DNA of 64,000 nucleotides from Felis catus (GCF_018350175.1 NC_058383.1:10232001-10296000); one strand, 5' to 3'. Shown: positions 10,749 to 23,269, counted from the stretch's first letter. A program made the numbers and translations. Notes: generated from the letters alone by a model not told the origin.

Positions 10749-12835
10749 TTAGGCTAGGAAGCCTCGGATGGCAGCCATGAAGTCCTGTGGGCAGTCAGCA
10801 TGGATCCAGTGACCAGCATTGGGCACAGTCTGCATCTGGGCTTGAGGGAAGAGCCGCCTGATCTCAGAATGGTGGCTGGGACTGTCCGTCGAAGAGGAGG
10901 CCGCCCAGATGGGGGGGAGAGAGAAGTGGAGGCAAAGCAGGGAGGAGAGAGCTACATGAACACACATGCCAGGGGTATTTGTGAACTCTCAGGCACCCCC
11001 CTGCCCGCACCGAAGCCCTCCCCAAGGCAGGATCCCCAGGCTGGGGCCTGGGTAAGTGGGGCATGCCCCTCCCGCCACCCAGTCTGGCTTACTGCACATA
11101 TTGAGAGTTTCCACCCAGGAGGAAGAGGGTTGGCCCAGGGTAAGATTCTTGTCGTGGTGGGAAAGCCAAGATCTTGTCCACGTGCTGGGCCAATGCTTCC
11201 AAGTTCACCCTCCAGACGAAGCGCCCATCCACCTCCACCAGGTTGGTGAGCAGGAACTGACGCACGGCCGTGTCCTGTAGGGGTCCAGTAGTTGGGTGTG
11301 GGGGGCGGGGGAACCTCCGTGTGAGGCCTGGGGCTGCCACTCTTCCCTGGACAGGTCCCAGCCCACAACACCAGCCGGGACATGGGTACATTACTTGGAT
11401 AACAGTGCTGAGCTGCTGATCGGCCAGTTTTCGGGCAGAGGAGCGGGACATGTCATCTGGGACGTCTACAGCCCTCATGGCTGCCATGTAGGATGGGAAG
11501 TCTGAGTTGGATGTGGTCTCCACTGGGCTGATGTCCACAGCAATCAGGCGTTCCACCAGCTCTGGCTGGGTGAAAGAACCAAACTTGGGACCAGCCTTAG
11601 GGCAGACACAGTGGGTCTCAGGCATAGTCACCAGATCCTGAATTTGGCCATCCAAGGCTCAGTTGAGTCCCAGGTCGTCTGCTGGGCACTCATGGTCTAC
11701 ACTGGATGGGAAGAAGCCCTGTATAGGGACAGCTCACCCTCTGGAGTGCCAGCAGCATGGCTGTCCTGCCTCCCATGCTGTGGCCAACGAGGACACAGGG
11801 CACTAGGCCCAGCTGGGTCAGGAGATCCTGCACGTCTTGGCTCATGGCCTCGTAGCTCATGTCTGGGCTGTGGGGGCTGTCACCATGGTTCCGAGCATCC
11901 ACTGTTAGCACCTGCGGAGCGGAGTGAGGGTGGGAAGAGCTGGCATCCACATTCAGGGCATAGAGAAGGCACGGCATTCCTGAAGGCTGAGGGGGTGGGG
12001 GGCGGGTAGGGAGCCTGGGGAAAGATATTGAAGTGGAAAACAGTTGGGAGCACAGAAGGATGGGCTGCTGTAAAAGGTGGTAAGCCCCTTCAACCCTGGT
12101 GAACAAACAGGGCTGGTCCCCTTACCAGGGAGGTGTTGGCACTTAGGCACTGGACAGCGAGCCTAGCTTGAAGATCTATTAACACGAATGAAGGACTGGA
12201 TGGATGCAGGCACGACGGAATGAATGGGTCCACATAGGGCCACGGTGTGCCATGTGGCCTGCATCCTTAGAAGGTCAACCTCTTCACTTCTGCTTAGAGA
12301 GACCGGCCACTCCTCGCCGGGTGTCCAATAGTGAGGGCGGAAAAGCGGGGCCCGCCTCGGCCATCTCCCTAGCCCCGCCCAGCCAGGTCCCACCTCCCGG
12401 GGACCCCGCCTCTCCCGGAAGCTCACCCTCCGGCCAGTCTGCTGGGCCAGGGCCTTAGCGATGGAGTTGAAGTTGGTTTTGGAGCCGAAGAGCCCGTGCA
12501 GAAACACGAGGGCCGGGCGGGCCGCCTCTCCGTCCAGAAGTTTGTAGGAAAGCAGCACCGACCTGGAGGGAGGAGCAAGGATGGAGGAGGGGTCTAAGCT
12601 GGCTCGGGAAGGGGTTTAGGGGAGCGGCCTGGGGGGCGGGCGTAAGCGGAGGAGGCGGAGCCGAACTGAACGAGGAGGAGCGATGGACGGCCTCCCACAT
12701 GGCGCCCTTGACTGACCTCCTCTCGGTGCCGCTTCGGCCACTGCTGCTGGGTGCGAAGGGCACCCTGGAGGCGCTGAGACTGGAGGGGCCGAGCCCCCTA
12801 AGGGGGAGCCTCCAGACGCGGGCCCAGCGGAGCAT
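10749..12835 (-). CDS. ABHD11: Alpha/beta-hydrolase domain-containing protein 11 (mitochondrial serine hydrolase), 6 coding exons, 304 aa
   Basis: Exons read with GT-AG boundaries: 12835-12717, 12562-12427, 11911-11738, 11565-11395, 11274-11093, 10881-10749. Lengths 119+136+174+171+182+133 = 915 nt, open to TAA. Arg-rich presequence MLRWARVWRL; HGLFG oxyanion motif; DARNHG; GHSMGG nucleophile elbow; C-terminal AGHWIH catalytic His. Confidence 0.97.
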
Positions 12836-13500
12836 GCCCGGGAACAGCTACCAGGCGCGCAGCTCTTCCTATCCCCTGGCTCCGCCTCCCGCCTTCGCTC
12901 AGAGCCCTGTCCAGTTCCGACTGCAGCTCCGCCTTCCATCCCGCCCACTACCGCGGAGTTCCCCACCCCCTTTTTCGTTTCCTTACGTAATCCCAGAGTA
13001 CCGTCTGTTCCCGCAGCTCCTCCTCTTGCGTCATTACGTAATCCCCTCAGCCACGGCGCCAGCGGGCGAGAGAGCCGCCTTCGCCACGCCCCGGGCGGAG
13101 CCACCCTATGCCTTGGTCACGCCCCTCGAGAAGCACCGCCCAACGCCCTCCCGCCCCAGGCGCCGAGTCCTCGCGGAGAGTCAGGGTCCTGTGGTGTGGG
13201 AGTCCAAAGCCCGCCGTTTGGAATGTCCTGGATTTGGGGCGGGAGCCCTGGGCGGCCGCGGGACGGGTCCTTGGCAAGCCGAGGAGCCCCTGCCTTTGGC
13301 CAGCGCGCGCCCCACACCTGGCCTGCTCCTCTGCCCTCACGCCCCGCCTTGGGTGGGTGCCATGCTTTCTGTGCCGCAGGCGGGCGCGGAGAGACGCCAA
13401 AAGTGGCTCCCGTCGTCGAGGCGCCGGCTTGGAGGCGTCGTGCTCCACAGCTGGGGGCCCAGGCAGGCCGGGTGGTGCACCTCTTTCCCATCCCGAAGTC
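12300..13500 (-). promoter_or_regulatory. ABHD11 CpG-island promoter
   Basis: High GC and CpG density over exons 1-2 and upstream; GC boxes; TTACGTAA at 12983-12990 and 13034-13041. Confidence 0.85.
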
Positions 13501-13639
13501 CTGGACTCTAGAAAGAGCTAGGGGAAACTCTAGAGAGCTCATCTCCATCCACCCAACATGCCCACCCTTTAGAGATGGGGAAACTGGGGCAAATGGCTTG
13601 TACAAGAGGCAGAACCAGAACCGCTGTCTGGTCTGCCAT

Positions 13640-13686
<47 letters not shown>
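13640..13686. repeat. (TCTA)n tetranucleotide STR
   Basis: About 11 perfect units. Confidence 0.95.
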
Positions 13687-13856
13687 GCCATTCTTGATGC
13701 GAATCAAGGTGGGAAGCCAGGTGTTTGTACTGGAGGGTGTTTGCTTCGTTGAGCTGAAATGGGTCAGACCTCACGCCTCTTTACCAGCAGAGAAATAAAC
13801 GATTCTCCCACCCTTGAACTCAGCACATCCCGCACATTAAAAAACCTCCCTTTGGG

Positions 13857-14089
13857 GGGCGCCTGGGTGGCGCAGTCGGTTAAGCGTCCGACTTCAGCCA
13901 GGTCACGATCTCGCGGTCCGGGAGTTTGAGCCCCGCGTCGGGCTCTGGGCTGATGGCTCGGAGCCTGGAGCCTGTTTCCGATTCTGTGTCTCCCTCTCTC
14001 TCTGCCCCTCCCCCGTTCATGCTCTGTCTCTCTCTGTCCCCAAAAAATAAATAAACGTTGAAAAAAAAATTAAAACAAACAAACAAACA
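13857..14089 (+). mobile_element. Young SINEC_Fc copy with 16-bp TSD
   Basis: CpG-intact body; TSD AAAAACCTCCCTTTGG on both sides. Confidence 0.9.
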
Positions 14090-16039
14090 AAAAACCTCCC
14101 TTTGGAAGCCTGACTGGCTGCCATCTTCTCTCCCCAGTCTGGGGCAGTGGTGGCAGTGGTGCTATGGTCTCAGGTCTCAGCCCGCTGCTCCTTTTACAGC
14201 ATTCTTCTGCTCAGAAACCTTTAGGGACTCCCCACCCTTAAACTTGAGAGTTGAAACAGCATCCCTAGCGTCCCCCAGTCTGATCCTACCTGCTTTTCCA
14301 CCCATGCTTCCTATTCTCTTACTCCCCAACCAGAGAGCTACATTGCACACCTTCCTTTTGGTCTTTATCCCGAAGACTCCCTCTGCTGAGATGGGTGGCT
14401 GCCTCCTAGATAGCTAGTGGCCCAAGTCCTGTACAACTGTAAATGTCCAGGATAGCTGCCACCTCCTCAAAAGCCTTCCCAGATTTCCCCGGTTGACACT
14501 AATCTCTTCTATCCTATGTTCTCAAAGCATTTGTCAGTCTACCATATGGTATTCTAGAACTGGCTTTCTCTGTGTCCCCATAGGCTGGGAGTTCTGGAGG
14601 ACCGGAGTCCTGTGTTGTTTATCTGGTGCAAAGTGCAATTGTAATCATTTTACCGAATGATCGTGAAGAGATTCAGGGCACTAGCTGAGGCTTAGGTGAA
14701 GGTTCACCTGGTGGCTGGGTCAGTGCCCCTTCCAGAGATGACATCTGGTCCAGCCAGGACTCTCACTCTTTAGGGCAGGCCTGATGGGAGTCAGGACCAG
14801 TAGGAGCATCTTTTTTTTTTTTTTTTTTTTTAATTTTTAAAAAATCTTTACTTGTTTTTGAGAGAGACACAGAGTGCGAGTGGGGCAGAGAGAGAGGGAG
14901 ATACAGAATCTGAAGCAGGTCCCAGGCTCTGAGCTGTCCCCACAGAGCCTGATGCAGAGCTCGAACCCATGAATGGTGAGATAATGACCCGAGCTGAAAT
15001 CTGATGCTTAACCGACTGAGCCATCCAGGCTCCCCTTGGTAAGGATGCATCTTAACTCTAAGATGTAGTAAATCCCTTGCCCCATAAAATGGCCTTCGCC
15101 TTGAGTCAGCTTGGGGACTGGCAGTTGTTTTGTTCTAAGGAAAGAAGGGCTTTAAGGTCACTGGGGACGCTAAACACACCAGGTGGTGTGGTGATTTGTT
15201 ACCAGCATAGTCATTAGGGGAGTGATGAGGACATCTGAGCCCAGAATGGGAGCCGATCCAAGGCATGGGAGGGGTCCTCAGAGGAGACATCAAGCAGGGT
15301 GTTTTTCTAGAACTGGCGGATGAAGAGGCTGGGGGTTGACATCGTGATGGTGATTCAGAAGGGTAGTATTTCAAAAGTGGTTTCAAACCACCCCCCACAG
15401 CTGCTCCAGCCTACAGTCTAGCCAGGTAACCTGAGCCTGGCCCACAACCCTTGACCATCTGCCCAGAGCCCTGGGTCTATGGCAGAAGCAGTCCGGAGAC
15501 ATTCCTGAGACCTGGGCCCAGGCCCCATCACGTGGCTGGTTAGGGCCTGGAGGCAAGGGGAGAAACCAGTTGGCTTGAGGTTTCCACTGAACACTCTAGA
15601 GAAAGTGGTGGGGCCGCGAGAGAGGGGTTGTCACCACCTGGGAAGGACTCTGGTGATGGAGTGTTGGGAAGGGGTCAACCTGGGGGCCGCCCACCCCTCC
15701 GCAGCTTGATAGGAACCGGCCAGCTCCTAACTGGTTTGTTGGTGAGGGTGTCCCTCTTGGGGGAGTGTCAGCTGTTGGAGGGGAGGCCTTCCGGAGCCCC
15801 TGAGACGCTGCGGTCACGCGGGGGGAGAGGGGTGCAGAATGAGACTGCACTGGGAGTCTTTACTCCCAGCGTCCCTTCCCAGCCGTCTGCAAGTCCCGGG
15901 GTAGTGGGAGGGTGTTGTCATCCTCATTTTCCTGCCGGGAACATAGAGACGCGGGAGGGGAATGACCCAGCTCCAGTCACTCAGCACGTGCGTGGCCCAG
16001 CCCGAATTCCTTCCCGGGAATGTGACTCCTAGTGCAGTG

Positions 16040-16440
16040 CTCCGGGTATCTAGCCACCTCCCTTCTGGCTGGGAAGCCGGGGCCCGAAGGGGTGCGGCCT
16101 GCGGCTTGCAGGCACCCGGCGCCCTGGGGGCGGCGGCGCTGAAGGGGTTAAGGCGGGGAGGCGGCGGGTGTCCCAGTCACCGCACCTGGCTCAGTATCGG
16201 TCACGTGGCCAGGGTTTCACCTGCCCCGCTGAGCAGGGACAATCGGGCCGCTTGTTTCCAGGTTGGTCGCCATGGCGACAGCAGCGCGCCTGGGGAGGTC
16301 AGCGGGGCAAATTCTTGCCTGCCGGCCGGGTGGGGCGAAGGTGTCGGTCGTGCTGGGGCGGCGCTCCCGGAGGACCCCTTGAGGTTTCCCGAGGGGCTGG
16401 CCTGGGGGTGGGGGGAGCGGGAGCCGGCCACTAGGTGACT
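16040..16440. promoter_or_regulatory. Small orphan CpG island with RFX X-box palindrome, E-box and CTCF-like site
   Basis: CpG-rich patch; GTCGCCATGGCGAC 16266-16279; GTCACGTGG 16200-16208; CCACTAGGTGAC 16428-16439. Confidence 0.6.
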
Positions 16441-18341
16441 CCCTGCCCAGCTTCCTCCTGGTCTGGCCCAGCTCTGTCTTCTCAGATTTTGATCTTGCGT
16501 TCTTTAAAAACAGGATCTTGTTTAATACTCACAGCAGCCTTTCCCACAGGAGCCTGGTAATCCCGGTGCCTCCCCTAGACTTACCAAGCCCTTTGAGAAC
16601 ATTCACTTTTTCCTTCCTTCCTTCAATAATAACAGATACTTTGGAGCCTCTACTATGGGCTTTTCTAGACACAGACACCTTTCCAGACACAGCCATGAGC
16701 AAAACAGCAAACTCAGGGGCTGCTCACCAGTGGATGGAGCACAGTGTTTATTTCCTTCAGACCAGGCTGGGAAGGCCCCTCGGGCCACAGATAGAAGGTG
16801 GGGACTGCTCAGGATCATCCTGTAGCTCTGGCGTCCGAACACCCCTGGGGGCCCTCTCTGCCACCTCCTGCACCCTGTCCCCTCTGAGCTTCCTGCCAGG
16901 CCCACAGACCTTCATGCCTGCTTTCATCCACTCTCTTCTCCCTTCCAGAAACGCCCACGGGTCCTGCTAACTGCAATCTTACCAACTTTTCTCCTACTTC
17001 CAGACTCATTTGCACACTGTACCCCTAGTAACACTCTCATCACAAGCACAAAGTGAGGAGAGTGAAGAGTAGAGGTGGCAGAGGGGGTCTATGTATTTTT
17101 TTTACCCAGCAGCCTCCACTCCCCTGGAGAAACACCAGCCTGCAGGATACACTCCATCCTCCTCTGCCTGCGTTTCAGAGCCTTTATTTATTGAGCACCT
17201 ACTATGTGCTGGGCACTGGGGTTGCAAGGATGAGCCCGGATCCGCTCACAGCCTGACAGTCTTGGCGGGGGTAGACACTAATGGATGTGTCATCGCACAC
17301 CCAGTAAATATTCAAAGGAAGAAACATCAAATCCAAGAATCCAGCTGGCCCTGGGGTGAGGTAGGGTGGCTCTGTAGAAGCGAGGCTTGAATGGAGGTCT
17401 GAAGGATGAGTAGGAGGGGGGGCTGGGCAAAGTGCTTACGGTGGAGGAGGTGGGAACATTCTGTGCAATGGGAGAGCCATCCCCCTCCCAAGGCAGACTC
17501 TTAGGAGTCATTCCAGATGCCTCCTTCTTCCTTACCTCCCCCACCCCACCCCATCCCTCACCAAGTTCCTACTGATTTTAATCTTCCGAATGGCTCTGAT
17601 ATCCACCCTCTCCTGTCCAACACCTCGACCCCATCTCTCCCCCTGGGGTGGCCAACTCCCCAGTGGACTTGTTGTCCATTTTGGCCTTTCTAGTCATTTC
17701 CCCGCATGGTGGACAGCATGATTTTTTCCAAACGTGTAATGTATTTCTGTGTTAATCTAGTTGGTTCTTTCCTATGTTTTCCTGCTTTTCTGTGCTTATT
17801 GCCCCTGGGGATGCATATGGCTGACCCAAGAGCAGAAAAGCTGGTTTGTGTGTTTCAAAAGCTGAAGCCTTTCGGGGAAGGGAATTTCTCAGCAGAGATA
17901 AGAGCTTGGCCCAGAATGGGAGGGGGACCTGCCACCTGCTTCTTGGCAGGCCCTCCAGAGCGGAAACAGCTCATGGGTCTACTAGGCAGGCAGCTTGTAA
18001 TATTTTCCCCGGTCCCAAGCCCAAAGCAGACACAGTACAGGGCGCAGGACCGAAGGGGCCATTGAATCAGTTGACGATGTCTCAGCAGTCATCTGTTGCA
18101 TGAAGGCTCAATACTGTCCAACCTGTCCCTCTCTCAGCAACTCCCCCCAAGCAGATTTGGCCCTGCTGAATATCCTGGAATTGTGGCCCAGCCTCAGCAG
18201 GACTGAAGTTCAACTTGTCTCCAACGGCCTTGGGAGAACGGGGAGCATCACAGAAATAGTGTCATCGCGTGTTGAAGTTTGTAGACTGACTTTCATAACT
18301 GTGAAAATCCCATGCACATCCTTCCACGATTGACTTTCTTT

Positions 18342-18560
18342 AAAAAAATTTTTTTTTCAACGTTTATTTATTTTTGGGACAGAGAGAGACACAGCATGAA
18401 CGGGGGAGGGGCAGAGAGAGAGGGAGACACAGAATCGGAAACAGGCTCCAGGCTCTGAGCCATCAGCCCAGAGCCCGACGCGGGGCTCGAACTCACGGAC
18501 TGCGAGATCGTGACCTGGCTGAAGTCAGACGCTTAACCGACTGCGCCACCCAGGCGCCCC
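18342..18560 (-). mobile_element. Young SINEC_Fc copy with TSD
   Basis: CpG-intact body; TSD TGACTTTCTTT at 18331 and 18561. Confidence 0.9.
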
Positions 18561-18584
18561 TGACTTTCTTTTTAAATCAATAGT

Positions 18585-19765
18585 CCAATAATTCATTCGA
18601 CAAATATTTACTGAGCATGTGCTAATGCCAATTATGATTTTTAAAACTAGGGATGTGGCAATTACATGGCCCTATTCCTCAAGGAACACAAAAAACCAAA
18701 ACCCCAAATTCTCTGCTTTTCTACTGTTTGGTGGGGGAGACCAGCTGTACATAAATAAACAAAGAAATAAATATGTAAGTATAAATTGTGTTAAGTTCAG
18801 TGAGCAGGATACTGTGTTCATTGGTAATTGGATTGAACAATATTAAATAGAGTGGTAAGGAAAGGCCTCCAGTAAGGTGAAGTCTGAAGGATAAAAAGGA
18901 GGGAGTCATATGAACACCGGGGGTAAAAGTGGTCCAGGCAGAGGTAGTAGTGTATGCAAAGGCCCTCAGGTGCACAGAGGAAGCAAGAAGAGAAAGACAT
19001 ATATGATGTGGCCTGGGGTTGGTCCAAGCAGGGGCCTGGGAGGGGATTTGGTCTTTATTCTAAGAAAAGTGAGAGCCAGTGAAGGGTTTAAGGAGGGAGA
19101 GACATGATTTACATTTTTCTCATGTTTATATATTTATTTTGAGAGAAAGAGAGAGCATGTACAGGGGAAAAGCATAGAGAGAGGGAGAGAGAGAATCCCA
19201 AGCAGGCTCCACACCATCAACGCAGTGCCCAACGTGGGGCTCGATCCCATGAACCCTGAGATCGTGACCTGAACCGAAATCAAGAGGTGGATGCTTAACT
19301 GACTGAGCCACCGAGGTGCCCTGACATGATTTACATTTTTATAGGACTGTTTGGCTGCACAGGGGAGGGTAGAAGGACAGACCAAAGGGCACACGGAGGA
19401 GAGGAAGGAAAATCAGCCCGGACACTACTGTGGTTGTCCAGTTAGGACATGATGCCAACTTCCGGCTGGGAGGCAGCCCTGGAGGTAGAGGAAGGTAGAG
19501 CTGAGATATGTTTTGGAGTTAGAATCAGTGGGGTTTGATGAAGCATTGGATGGGTAGAGAGGAAGACGGCGGTGAGGGAAAGGAAGGAGTCAAGGACAAC
19601 TCCCAGGTCTCTGGGCGGACCGCATGGGTGGGTAGTTGTGCCATTTACTGAGATGGACAAGGCTGGAGAGGAACATTTTTTCCAGTCTACACGGTACTAG
19701 TAGGGAGGGACAATCTAGAGTTCTACTTGAGCCATGTTAAGTTTGAGATGCCCTTGAGATATCAT
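18585..19765 (-). mobile_element. L2 fragment
   Basis: ATTCATTCGACAAATATTTACTGAGCA (L2 terminus); GGAGTCAAGGACAACTCCCAGG; CATGTTAAGTTTGAGATGCC. Confidence 0.75.
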
Positions 19766-21284
19766 AACACTTAACATTTATGGAGCACTTAACATTTGCC
19801 AAACACTGTTCTAAGTGCTTTATGTCCATTAAGTCGTCTCATCCATTAATGGCTGTATTATTTATTGATCCCTCTCTAGAGCCGAGAGCATTGAGCCACA
19901 GAGAGGTTAATTAACTGCCTACCATCACAAAGCTTGCAAGCTGCAGGACCAGGATCCAGGGTTCTGAGGAGGAGGGAGCAATCACCCAGGTCAAAAGTTG
20001 CTGAGAGTGAGTAAGCTCCGGATAGAAAGAAAAGTGACCGTTGGCCATAGCAACCTGGAGGCCACCAGGGACCTTGCCGGGAGCAGCTTGGAGTGGCGAA
20101 GGGAAGGAGCAGAGAGGAGAGGCTGGTTGGCATGGGCGGGGGGGGAGGGGGAGGCGGCAGAATCAGGGGTGAGCAGGGAAATGGGGTGGTCTTTGTTTGC
20201 AGATGTGAAGTCAAGGAAACTTCTCTTTTTGCAAGAGAAAGAAGGTATTTCTCAGGGATATGTTTCTTTTTCTTCTTTTAATGTTTATTTATTGTTTTGA
20301 GAGAGGGAAAGCATGAGCAGGGGAGGGGCAGAGAGAGAGGAGAGGGGGATAGAGAATCCGAAGTGGGCTCTTTGCTGACAGCAGACAGCCTGATATGGGG
20401 CTTGAACCTACAAACTGTGAGACCATGATCTGAACCGAAGTCGGATGCTTAACTGACTAAGCCACCCAGGCATCCCTGTTTGTTTTTTAAACCACCATAT
20501 CATTTACACATGTTAAGAAGTGATAATCCCCTGGGGTACCTGGCTGGCTCAGTGGGAAGAGCATGTGACTCTTGATCTTGGGGTCATGCGATCAAGCCCC
20601 ACGTTGGGTGGAGAAATGACTTAAATAAATAAATAAATAAATAAACTTAAAAAAAAAAGAATAATTCCTTAATATTATCAATTATCTTACTCAATGTTCC
20701 AATTTCAAATTGTCTCATAAATACCATCAACTTTAAAAGTTTGAATCAGCAATCAATGAGTGGCCACAGCTAGGATTGGTTGCTAGATCTTTTTTAGGTC
20801 TCTTTTGATCTATAGATTCCCCGACATCTCAAGTTTTTCCCTTGATTTCTTTTTGGGGGGAAGGTCAACGAAAAACCCGGTTGTCATTTTGCAGACTATG
20901 TTCCGTGTTACTTTGTTCCACTTACTCACCGTGTAAATTAATACTGAATCTAGGAAATTGATCAGATTCAGATTGTATTTATTTGTTTATTTTTCTGCAA
21001 CACTACTTTATGAGAGACATTGTACTTGATTAAGAAAAAAAAATTTTAATGTTTATTTTAGAGAGAGAGAGAGAGAGAGCAAGAGGGAGAGAGCAGAAAC
21101 AGAGGGAGGTAACAGAATCCAAAGCAGGCTCCACGCTCTGAGCTGTCAGCACAGAGCCTGATGCAGGGCTCGAACTCATGAGCCATGAGATCATGACCTG
21201 AGCCGAAATCAGATGCTTAACCGACTGAGCCACCCAGGCGCCGTCCCCCCCACCCCCCTTTTTAAGGGCAGCCAAGTTGTACTG

Positions 21285-21760
21285 GTTAGGACATCTTTGG
21301 CTGGAAACCCCAGGTCAAACTTGCCTTAAGCAATAAGAAAAGCTGTGTCCCCCACAGCCAGAGATCTAAGGAGGGTGAGGGCCCAGAGAACAGGCAGTTA
21401 TAACCGGGTAGAAAATATTTCCAGGGCTGCAAGTTCCTCCTCTTCAGAGGGATGCCCTCATCAAAATCATCCCCAGGCTCATTCTCTGCAGGCTTCAATT
21501 TGGCGATAGAATTGCAGATGCCATCACCTAACAAGACAACATCCAAGTAAAGACAGAGTGCTCTCTTTCTTAGAAATGTAGAAGCCTATCCCTTCTGCCT
21601 CCCAAAAAGGGACTTTTTCCCTCCTGTCTCACTGGCTGGAACTGTTTACATACTGTAAACCTGTCACCACAGGGGAGTGAAAGAGATCAACCACCGTGAT
21701 TGGCTTAGTCTAATCGAGAATCATCCCTCCAGCTGAGGGTCTGTTCCACTTATGCGTTGC
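21285..21760 (-). mobile_element. MLT1-type (MaLR) LTR remnant
   Basis: CAAACTTGCCTTAAGCAATAAG; TCTCACTGGCTGGAACTG; GTGATTGGCTTAGTCTAATC. Strand is tentative. Confidence 0.5.
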
Positions 21761-23269
21761 TCCTGAAATGAATAGCCCATATCCTTGCACACTGTGAGTA
21801 TTTCAGAACAAAGTTACCTAGAAGTAGCATGTCTGGGTCTCAGAGTATCTTTATATTTATAAAGGATTTTATTATTACTACTATTGTTATTGCTATTATT
21901 ATTTTATATAGAAATGGCCAAATTGCCTTTAACTTTTTTTTTAAATGTTTATTTATTTTTGATCGAGAGAGATACAGAGTGCGAGCAGAGGAGGGACAGA
22001 GAGAAAGGGAGACACAGAATCCAAAGCAGACTCTGGGCTCTGAGCTGTCAGCACAGAGCCCCACGCGGGGCTGGAACCCAGGAATGGTGAGATCATGACC
22101 TGAGCCAAAATTGGATGCTTGACTGACTGAGCCACCCAGCTGCCCCTCAAATTGCCCTTTAAAACGGTGGTATCGATATATCCTCCCCCAGCAGGGGAGA
22201 GGGCAAAGGAGAGACATGGCATGCAACCTGGGCTCTAGCATACCAGACTGCCCCGGGGTTCAAAGCCCAGATCCCCTGTGTATTCTGGGCAAATAGTACA
22301 ATGCTTCTATGCCTCAGTTTGCCTGTCTGTAAAAATGGGGGTGATGATGATGATACCACTTGATATCACTTGGTAACCCTTGTGCTTAAAAGCTGTTAGC
22401 TGTTATTTTCTCTCAGGTGGAATATCCTCAAAGTGCTGATTATTGTCTCCAATTCCTGTCTGGTCTTCTCTGTACCGCTTGGAGTCTGACTTTTCCAGAC
22501 TGGGTTATTCTTGTCTTCTGAGGGTGAGAGAGAGAGATGCGGAGCTATTTGGTTTTCCCAGGTTACTGGTTTGCTACAGTTCCCTTTGCTTCTTCAGGCT
22601 TGGGGGTGGAATGGCTCCCCACCGTTGTTAGTTTCTTCATACCTCAATGTCTTTTACTGAGTCCCCTAGCTCCATTCATGCCTCTCTGTATATAATCCCG
22701 CCAGTAGAAGCTCCTCCAAATCCAGCGCGCTGTCTGCTGCCTTCCAGGCCCCCCCGATACAATTGGTTTTTATTTTTTATTTTTTTTTTAATTTTTATTT
22801 TATTTTTATTTTTTTAAATTTTTTTTTTAATGTTTTGTTTATTTTTGAGACAGAGAGAGACAGAGCATGAACCGGGGAGGGGCAGAGAGAGAGGGAGACA
22901 CAGAATCCGAAGCAGGCTCCAGGCTCTGAGCTGTCAGCACAGAGCCCGATGCGGGGCTTGAACTCACAAACCGCGAGATCATGACCTGAGCCAAAGTCGG
23001 ACACTTAACCAACTGAGCCATCCAGGCGCCCCTACAATTGGTTTTTAAAGTTTGCCAATCTCGGGGCACCTGGGTGGCTCAGTTGGCCAGGTGGCTGACT
23101 CGTGATTTCAGCTCATGTCATGATCTCATGGTTTGTGAGTTCAAGCCCTGCTCCACACTGATGGTGCAGAGCCTGCTTGGGATTCTCTCTCTCTGTCTCT
23201 TCTACCCCTCCCCCACACTCTCTCTCTCAAAATAAATAAATTAAAAAAAAAAGTTTGCCAATCTGAAAA

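Noticed and set aside
12616..13798. Several 130-270 aa ORFs over the ABHD11 promoter
   Set aside because: Stop-poor CpG island; Pro/Arg/Gly-rich, no homology recognised.
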